From positions 3,008 to 67,007 of the forward strand of contig CAZTBM010000008.1 in NCBI GenBank assembly GCA_964611985.1: a stretch of 64,000 bases of DNA, read 5' to 3'. Positions 57,251 through 64,000 of the stretch are shown here, one piece after another. Position 1 is the first letter of the stretch; each line of letters starts with the position of its first letter. The stretch comes from an uncultured Desulfurococcales archaeon. Lineage in GTDB: Archaea; Thermoproteota; Thermoprotei_A; CAZTBM01; SZUA-1508. The notes beneath the pieces are model-generated. The model saw only the letters and a program-made list of their open reading frames with translations. It did no database searches and was not told the origin of the DNA. The position numbers were made by a program, and so were the translations under genes.

Positions 57251-58603
57251 TTAGTAGAAACCCCTCCATTGTGGGAGTACGTAGTCTTCTAATCCAGCTA
57301 GCTTTACTCCAGTCATTGCTGCTGCTTCAACGGTTATTGCTCTTAGGTCTTCTGGGTTAAAGTCTTTAATGCTCTTGTGTCCTACAGCCGCTGCTATCAT
57401 TGCAATCTCCTTGGTTACTGCTTTAATGTAGTTTGCTATCCATTGTGCTGCCTGGTCTATGCCTTTACCGCCACCTAGTTTCTTCCTTAACTCTGGATCC
57501 TGTGTACATATACCTACTGGGCACCTACCTGTTGAACACATACCACACATTATACATCCTGCAGCAATCTCGATAGCTGATACCATTGCTACAGCATCTG
57601 CACCTAGGGCTAGCGCTTTTGCTACATCTCCTCCATTACGGAAGCCTCCTAGCATTATTAGCTGTACGTCGCCATATACTCCTGCATCTTTAAAGGCCTT
57701 TATTGCTGGTGGTATACAGGCTATTGTTGGTAATCCTACGTTTTGTATCGCAGGGTCTGGGCTTGCACCAGTACCTCCATACTTACCGTCAATAGCTACG
57801 TAGTCTATGTCTGCTTGTACTGCCATGTATACGTCTTTGTATACTCTTCCTGGACCGAGCTTTAATCCTATTGGTATCTCGTAGCCTACTATATCTCTTA
57901 GTATTTTGACTACCTTCTTGAGGTCATCTGATGATCTTATATCTAGGTGTCTTGCTGGGCTTAGACAGTCCGTTCCAACAGGTATACCTCTTGTCCTAGC
58001 AATCTCCTCTGTTACCTTCTCTCCTAGTAGGTGACCTCCCATACCAGGCTTAGCTCCCTGACCATACTTAACCTCTATGGAGTCACTATGTACTAGGTAG
58101 TCTACACTTACACCCCATCTTCCAGATGCAAATTGTACAACTAGATAACCGTTTGGCTTAGTGTATTCGTATTCTGTCCACTCTATACCTCCATCCTTGG
58201 GTGTTGTTACCATTCCTCCCTCTCCAGTGTTTGTAGCTGTACCAGCAAGATTTGCTGCCTTAGCACAAGCTAATTTGAACTCACGGCTAGTTGCACCATA
58301 GCTCATAGCACCAATTAGTACTGGCGTCTTTAGTACCATTGGCTTCTTTACTCTACCTTTGCCTATGACAACTGTTGTATCAACTTTCTCTCTGTATATG
58401 TCTACTGGTACAGGTGGTGCTATGTGGGCTGGTACAAATAGGAAGTCCTCGAAGTGAGGTAGTCTACCAGCGTAACCAAATCCTCTAATTATGTATTTTC
58501 CTGTTTCAGCTCTATATCTGATCTCGTCAACAACAGCTTTGTATATGTTCTCAGCGTATCTCCTAGTGGCTATTTTTGGATATAAGGGGTGTTTGAGGGC
58601 CAT
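57251..58603 (-). CDS. FMN-binding glutamate synthase subunit (GltB2-like)
   Basis: GAMSYGA, NTGEGG, QFASGRWG, KYGQGAKPGMGG, DGKYGGTGA, GGFRNG.D, CIMCGMCSTGRCPVGICTQ. Confidence 0.92.
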   Translation of the reverse strand: MALKHPLYPKIATRRYAENIYKAVVDEIRYRAETGKYIIRGFGYAGRLPHFEDFLFVPAHIAPPVPVDIYREKVDTTVVIGKGRVKKPMVLKTPVLIGAMSYGATSREFKLACAKAANLAGTATNTGEGGMVTTPKDGGIEWTEYEYTKPNGYLVVQFASGRWGVSVDYLVHSDSIEVKYGQGAKPGMGGHLLGEKVTEEIARTRGIPVGTDCLSPARHLDIRSSDDLKKVVKILRDIVGYEIPIGLKLGPGRVYKDVYMAVQADIDYVAIDGKYGGTGASPDPAIQNVGLPTIACIPPAIKAFKDAGVYGDVQLIMLGGFRNGGDVAKALALGADAVAMVSAIEIAAGCIMCGMCSTGRCPVGICTQDPELRKKLGGGKGIDQAAQWIANYIKAVTKEIAMIAAAVGHKSIKDFNPEDLRAITVEAAAMTGVKLAGLEDYVLPQWRGFY

Positions 58604-58615
58604 GACTTACACCTC

Positions 58616-59290
58616 CTATTTTTTACCATAGAAGGGTCTTAATGATGCAGGAATAATCTTCTTAAACTTAGATGGGTCAGCATTAATACCATACTTTTCA
58701 AAAAGTGCCTTGAGTTTCTTAACATCTTCCTCTGTCATCTCTTCAACCTTGGTATTGTTACCATAACTCTTACATTCTCCTCCAAGGTATATTGTTCCTC
58801 TTATCATCCAATCGCCTAGTCTCTCGCCAGCGTTACCAACTATGATTATCTCGCCGTTTACCATGTAAACGCCTATACTGTCACCAGCATCTCCCTTTAT
58901 TAATACTGTTGCACCCTTAAGTATCTGTCCAACAGCATCGCCAGCATTACCTTCTACAACTATTGTTCCACCATAGGCATACATGCCAACGCCGTAACCT
59001 ACATTACCCTTTATTATGATCTCTCCTCCCCAGGCCCCATCACCAACATAATTGCCTGCATTACCATTGACTATGATTTTTGCACCCGTATTTAACATAC
59101 CTAAGTAGTCTCCTACATCACCTTCTATTATTATTTCTCCATTCTTTAATCCTGCTGCAATCCCATAGAGGTTCTTAGCATTTTTGACTACAACTTTTAA
59201 TCCTTTAGCAATGGCATCCTTTATTTTCGCGTTGACTTCGGAAATATCTAATCCTTTGGCGTCTATTTCAAGAAGTTCGCCCCTTGACAT
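58616..59290 (-). CDS. GXGXG-domain glutamate synthase subunit (GltB3-like)
   Basis: Repeated G-x-A/V-G-x-x-x-G beta-helix motifs; directly upstream of GltB2. Confidence 0.88.
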   Translation of the reverse strand: MSRGELLEIDAKGLDISEVNAKIKDAIAKGLKVVVKNAKNLYGIAAGLKNGEIIIEGDVGDYLGMLNTGAKIIVNGNAGNYVGDGAWGGEIIIKGNVGYGVGMYAYGGTIVVEGNAGDAVGQILKGATVLIKGDAGDSIGVYMVNGEIIIVGNAGERLGDWMIRGTIYLGGECKSYGNNTKVEEMTEEDVKKLKALFEKYGINADPSKFKKIIPASLRPFYGKK

Positions 59291-59604
59291 AAGAAGATCA
59301 CCGCGCGTGATAATAATAAATAATTTACACTTAAAAATATTACCTAACGAGATACTTTATTAATAAAAAATCCCTCTGAAATAATATTAAGTATTATTCA
59401 TTTTAAAATTGAAGAAGAATATTATTCTTGGTAATATTATAAATTCGTTATATTAGAAGAAGGTTAAACTATTATGATCCTCCCTTTTATATATTCCTAA
59501 ATTTAATTCAAATTCTAAAGAGGAGTTTAGTATGCATGTTTTTAACATTTCATTAATTATATAAACGAGTATCAGATTTCTTTAGTAATGGTTTAAGTAA
59601 TATT

Positions 59605-60075
59605 TTAGGTTAATGTTATGTTAAAGATTAGTGTCAGTATCATCACTATAGTTGATGCCATAAGTGAGCCTAGTATTATTGCTTTTAATGCTCTGCTTAT
59701 GTCTACCCCGAAGACGTATGCTGCAAGAGAACCTGTCCAAACACCAGTTGAGGGTAATGGTATCGCTACGAATAGTGCTAGACCCCAAAAACCATATTTT
59801 TCAATGTATTTTCGGCTTTTACGTCTAATGTAGTTAATGTATTTTATGTAGAATTCCTTTGTTACACTAATTCGCATGAGAAAATGTTCAAGCTTATTAA
59901 GGAATATAAGTATGAAAGGGGCAGGTATAATGTTGCCAAGGAATGAGATAAAGAATACTAGTATTGGATTTATATTGTAAACTATTATTCCTAAGGGTAT
60001 GGCTCCTCTAACTTCAACAACTGGCAAGGCAGCGACTATGAGAACCTTAGCAATCCTTATTAGTAAATTCTCCAT
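59605..60075 (-). CDS. small multidrug-export-type membrane protein (COG2426-like)
   Basis: LPVVEVRGAIP, FVAIPLPSTGVWTG. Confidence 0.85.
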   Translation of the reverse strand: MENLLIRIAKVLIVAALPVVEVRGAIPLGIIVYNINPILVFFISFLGNIIPAPFILIFLNKLEHFLMRISVTKEFYIKYINYIRRKSRKYIEKYGFWGLALFVAIPLPSTGVWTGSLAAYVFGVDISRALKAIILGSLMASTIVMILTLIFNITLT

Positions 60076-60092
60076 AACCCTACCCTACACTA

Positions 60093-60464
60093 TTACACAC
60101 CGAGATGCTCTCTCAGCAATATTTTGTATCTAACGAATTTTTCATCTGTTGAAACGAGAGGAATTATATCAGCCAAGTCTTTTATGCTTATAAGATAATC
60201 CTTCATACCACCTGTGGATCCAAGTACAGCTTTAATAGCTTCTCTTACTTCAACTATACCCATTTTCTCTAGATTTTTAATAGCCTTTAGCACATCATTT
60301 CTAGAATAATTCTTTTCTATACCCAGACTAATATTAAACGCGTTAATTTCACCAACTAACTCTGAAAGCCATATACTACCAAGACTCATAGCTAAAACTC
60401 TTAGTACATCTCCTTCAATTGTATCTCCTTGTAAAAGTTCTCTTATATCCTCTCTTAAAGCCAT
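60093..60464 (-). CDS. hypothetical protein (possible winged helix)
   Basis: WLSEL and DVLKAIKNLEKMGIVEV resemble a wHTH; GGAGAGG RBS. Confidence 0.55.
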   Translation of the reverse strand: MALREDIRELLQGDTIEGDVLRVLAMSLGSIWLSELVGEINAFNISLGIEKNYSRNDVLKAIKNLEKMGIVEVREAIKAVLGSTGGMKDYLISIKDLADIIPLVSTDEKFVRYKILLREHLGV

Positions 60465-60604
60465 TTCTACCTCTCCATACAGATTTTATGCTACCTCTCA
60501 TATATTAGTACAGTACTACATATTACTTCCTATACATAATTACTTGAAAGACTAGCGATAATATTAAAATGCTAAGATGATTAAGGTAATAGTGGGTGCT
60601 ATTT

Positions 60605-61147
60605 ATGTCTACTAAGGCTAAAATAGACAGTGTCATCGTCGAGGTGGTAAAAGGGGATATAACAAAGCTCAGTATTGAAGCTATAGTCAATCCAGCAAAT
60701 AGTCTAATGGTTATGGGTGGTGGCGTAGCTGGGGCAATAAAGAGGGCTGCAGGAGATATGGTAGAAAAGGAGGCATTAAAGTATGCACCTGTACCTGTAG
60801 GCTTAGCCATAGCTACTAGTGCAGGCAAGCTAACTAACATAAAATACGTGATACATGCACCCACAATGGAAAAACCAGCCATGAGGACTAATGTAGATAA
60901 AGTAAGAAAAGCTGTTAGAGCTGCATTATCAAAGGCAAGGGAGCTAGGGGTATCAGAAATCGCTTTCCCTGGTATGGGTACAGGCGTTGGTGGCCTATCA
61001 TATAGTATTGCTGCAGAGGCTATGGTAAATGAAATAAAGGAGTTCTTAACCAAGGCTGGTAGTGGAAGTATCAGGAGGATAGTACTAGTGGCATACGGCG
61101 ATGAATTATTTAAGGAATTTTGCAAAGCAGTTGAAAATATTAAATAG
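60605..61147 (+). CDS. macro domain (ADP-ribose-binding) protein
   Basis: GDIT, AIVNPAN, GGGVAGAI, VIHAP, FPGMGTGVGG. Confidence 0.93.
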   Translation: MSTKAKIDSVIVEVVKGDITKLSIEAIVNPANSLMVMGGGVAGAIKRAAGDMVEKEALKYAPVPVGLAIATSAGKLTNIKYVIHAPTMEKPAMRTNVDKVRKAVRAALSKARELGVSEIAFPGMGTGVGGLSYSIAAEAMVNEIKEFLTKAGSGSIRRIVLVAYGDELFKEFCKAVENIK

Positions 61148-61175
61148 TTAACATTAGATATATCCGGTGGATTAA

Positions 61176-62078
61176 TTGAATAAAATAGAAGCTAAAGGAA
61201 CACTCTCAAAAGTATTCTATACCCTATCTATAGTGTTGGTTATAGCCCCCATACTATCACATTTTACATCATATAGTGATAGCTATTGGATCTTTATAAC
61301 AAAACTTGGTGATGAAACATTCTACGTAGCTCTCTTACCAATAGTATACCTGCTTATTAGCCGAGAATTAGGATTTAAGTTAATATTACTATTTATGACA
61401 AGTGCTTGGATTAACGTAACATTGAAAGCGATATTAGCTATGCCACGTCCTCCTCAGGAGTTATGGAAGGTAGAAGCTAGTGGTTATGGATTTCCAAGCG
61501 GGCATGCACAGAGCTCAACAGTTTTTTGGGGTTACTTATCTTACAAGGTTAGAATACGAGCTTTCATCTTATTTGCTACGCTTATGGTACTTTTAATAGC
61601 TTATTCTAGAGTTTACTTGGGTGTACATTATCCTCATGATGTAGCCGGCGGGATCATTATAGGTTTAGCACTTATTCTCATATCTCACATAATTGAACAT
61701 AGACTTTCGCATCATTTTATGAAGACACATTATTCATTTAAAATTCTGATGCTGTTTTTTTACTCTCTATTTGTATTATTATTACTCCTCGTAGTGAAGG
61801 ATTTAATAATAGTTAAGATTGCAGGTTTAATTCTAGGTGGGGGTTTAGGCCATATTATTGTTAATGAAAAATACGGAATAAGAGAAATATCATCATTTAA
61901 AATAAGAGCTACAATGACTATTATGGGTGAGATGCTTGTCTTCATATGCTATATGTTGGTAAGAAAGGTCTTGAACCCTCTAATACTATATCTAGGGTTT
62001 ATGGTACTAGGACTCATTATAACATTTACACCACTACTAGTAGTACTGCTCTTTAAGAAAATAGGGTCATCGGGGTAG
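61176..62078 (+). CDS. PAP2 family phosphatase
   Basis: K......RP, FPSGH, SRVYLGVHYPHDV. Confidence 0.92.
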   Translation: MNKIEAKGTLSKVFYTLSIVLVIAPILSHFTSYSDSYWIFITKLGDETFYVALLPIVYLLISRELGFKLILLFMTSAWINVTLKAILAMPRPPQELWKVEASGYGFPSGHAQSSTVFWGYLSYKVRIRAFILFATLMVLLIAYSRVYLGVHYPHDVAGGIIIGLALILISHIIEHRLSHHFMKTHYSFKILMLFFYSLFVLLLLLVVKDLIIVKIAGLILGGGLGHIIVNEKYGIREISSFKIRATMTIMGEMLVFICYMLVRKVLNPLILYLGFMVLGLIITFTPLLVVLLFKKIGSSG

Positions 62079-62104
62079 GAGAATAAGATATAGCTTAAAA
62101 ATGT

Positions 62105-64000
62105 TTAGAGGGAGAAAGTGACTTCAGGGCTCTCCTTAACCGTATACTCACCCTTCTCTGTTGAAAGTCTTATATCCATTTGTTCTATTCTTAACGTACC
62201 CTTTATGTCATCGCTACCTTCTATTAATGTATCATATGCCTCTTTATCACTAGTGTAGATTTCTACCTTCTCTAATGGTGCATTTAGTGGTATTCTCTTA
62301 TCATGTTTAGCTCTTCTTATTTCAGCTATTACCTTTATTACTAAGTCTCCACGTTTAACCTCTTTCTCACTTATCTCTATCGGCTGAGGCCATGGGGCTA
62401 TAGTAATACTCTTCCATGGTTTTCCATTGAACAATCTATAATATATCTCATCGCAAATGTGTGGAGTAAACACTGATAACATAGTTAATGTCTTCAATAG
62501 TACTGTATAGAGTGTGTAAGACACTGCTTCCTTACTCTTTCCAGTAATGTTCATTCTATACTTTATAGCTTCTAAATAATGGTCACATAGCTTATGCCAT
62601 ATGAAGTCTATTAGCTCACTACTAGCTCTTATAAAGTCATAGTTATCTAGTGCTTCAGTAACCTTTCGTATTGTTTCATTTAATTCTCCTAGAATCCATT
62701 TATCAGTTAACCTGAGATCACTTGGGGCCATTTCTTTGTATTCATAGTTCTCTAGAAATATCTTTGACAACCTTGCGGCATTCCATAGTTTTATAAGGAA
62801 TTTCTTCGTGAACTCTAATCCATCCCAGTTAAATCTTACATCACTACCTGTTGCTGCTGCTTGTGCAACCCAGAGTCTAAAGGCGTCTGCACCATACTTC
62901 TCAATAACCTCAAGTAAGCTTACGTAGTTACCGTAACTTTTATGCATCATTCTACCATCGGTTCCACGAACCATACCGTTGATTAGTGCTGTTTTGAATT
63001 GTGGTTTATCAAATAATATTAAACCTCTAACTATTAGGTAGTAGTCCCATGTTCTAATGATGTCATAGCCATTTGGCTGTAGATCGGCAGGTAAAAGCCT
63101 CTCGTCTAGATTGTCAGGCCATCCCGCATGGACTGCTGCTGTAATACTAGAATCCATCCATGTATCCATAACATCAGTTTCCGGTATTAGTTTGGCTCCG
63201 CAGTGTGGACATTTGTCTATTGGTGGTTTATCCTTCCTTGGGTCGATAGGCACCCATGATGGATCAGCTACTATAATGTGACCATTCTCGCAGTACCAGA
63301 CTGGGAAGGGGGTTCCAAAAACTCTTTTCCTAGATATTGTCCAGTCCCAGTCTAAGCTTTTAACCCAGTCTTCAAGTCTTTTATAGGCATGTGGTGGAAT
63401 CCATTTAATGTTCTTCTTTGATTCCTCTAGAATTCGCTCCGCTAAAGCTCTAGTTTTGACGAACCATTGTCTTGCGGGTATGATTTCTACTGGTGTATGA
63501 CACCTCCAGCAGGTGCCAATGCTACTGGTAATTTTCTCAACTTTAACAAGTAATCCTTTCTTCTCTAATTCCTTAACAATTCTCTTTCTAGCCTCGGATA
63601 TTGTCAGTCCCTTAAGGAATCCTGTGGCCTCAGTCATAACGCCTTTTTCATTAATGGCTTTTATTACTGGTAAATTATACCTCTTTTGCCATCTAACGTC
63701 AGCTTTATCACCATAGGTACAGACCATGACGACTCCAGTACCGAAGCTTGGATCAACTTCTGGATCTGTTAAAATCGGTATTTCTCTATTGTATAATGGC
63801 ACCTTAGCTTTCCTACCTATAATACTCTTATACCTCTCATCTTCTGGATGTGCTAGCAGAGCTACACATGCTGGTATGAGTTCAGGTCTAGTCGAGGCAA
63901 CTGTTATAGATGTTCCATCATCAAGTTCAAAGTTGAAGTAGTATAACTCTCTAACGACATCGGTGTACTCTACTTCTGCCTCTGCTAGTGCTGTTTCACA
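62105..64000 (-). CDS. valS: valine--tRNA ligase (5' part beyond the window)
   Basis: STRPELIPAC, GTGVVMVCTYGD, DWDWTISR, DTWMDSS, MHKSYGN (KMSKS-like); frame stays open to the window edge. Confidence 0.93.
   Translation of the reverse strand, partial: CETALAEAEVEYTDVVRELYYFNFELDDGTSITVASTRPELIPACVALLAHPEDERYKSIIGRKAKVPLYNREIPILTDPEVDPSFGTGVVMVCTYGDKADVRWQKRYNLPVIKAINEKGVMTEATGFLKGLTISEARKRIVKELEKKGLLVKVEKITSSIGTCWRCHTPVEIIPARQWFVKTRALAERILEESKKNIKWIPPHAYKRLEDWVKSLDWDWTISRKRVFGTPFPVWYCENGHIIVADPSWVPIDPRKDKPPIDKCPHCGAKLIPETDVMDTWMDSSITAAVHAGWPDNLDERLLPADLQPNGYDIIRTWDYYLIVRGLILFDKPQFKTALINGMVRGTDGRMMHKSYGNYVSLLEVIEKYGADAFRLWVAQAAATGSDVRFNWDGLEFTKKFLIKLWNAARLSKIFLENYEYKEMAPSDLRLTDKWILGELNETIRKVTEALDNYDFIRASSELIDFIWHKLCDHYLEAIKYRMNITGKSKEAVSYTLYTVLLKTLTMLSVFTPHICDEIYYRLFNGKPWKSITIAPWPQPIEISEKEVKRGDLVIKVIAEIRRAKHDKRIPLNAPLEKVEIYTSDKEAYDTLIEGSDDIKGTLRIEQMDIRLSTEKGEYTVKESPEVTFSL

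Noticed and set aside
974-63941. Numerous 60-230 aa ORFs antisense to well-supported genes (e.g. 46811-47509, 45572-46204, 15849-16451, 53112-53621)
   Set aside because: Shadow ORFs with Ser/Ile/Pro-rich composition typical of antisense frames and no recognisable motifs.
1-64000. CRISPR arrays, tRNAs, rRNAs, IS elements, integrases, inteins
   Set aside because: No regularly spaced repeats, no T-loop GTTCRA cloverleafs, no transposase or integrase motifs and no intein-sized insertions were seen.

Overview
AT-rich archaeal chromosomal window (roughly 35-40% GC by eye). It most likely comes from a thermophilic Thermoproteota/TACK lineage, judged from GGTGA-type RBSs, BRE/TATA promoters, CdvB (ESCRT-III) paralogues, C/D-box RNAs, pantoate kinase and geranylgeranyl reductase. 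It is almost entirely housekeeping/metabolic: a four-subunit proline-dehydrogenase-type operon, threonine biosynthesis (thrC-thrB-hom-lysC-asd), a cobinamide salvage operon (btuFCD-cbiS-cobY-cobD-cobS-cbiB), gatCAB-aspS, serS, partial valS, nadE, deoC, tldD/tldE, split glutamate synthase subunits and several transporters. I saw no tRNA, rRNA, CRISPR array, transposase or integrase. The most interesting signals lie outside the ORF track or inside apparently ordinary genes: (1) a 125-nt, 60% GC, K-turn-rich structured RNA candidate at 9014-9138 that fits no family I recognise; (2) three intergenic C/D-box sRNAs, one with a clear 16S 530-loop guide and an inserted segment able to pair with its own second guide; (3) a class IIb synthetase (24457-25713) that mixes an AsnRS-like scaffold with AspRS specificity residues and a discriminating-AspRS anticodon loop, coexisting with a non-discriminating-type AspRS and GatCAB; (4) a thrC whose Zn-ribbon N-terminus is out of frame with its apparent start codon. 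All functional calls come from motif recognition by eye; no database searches were run.
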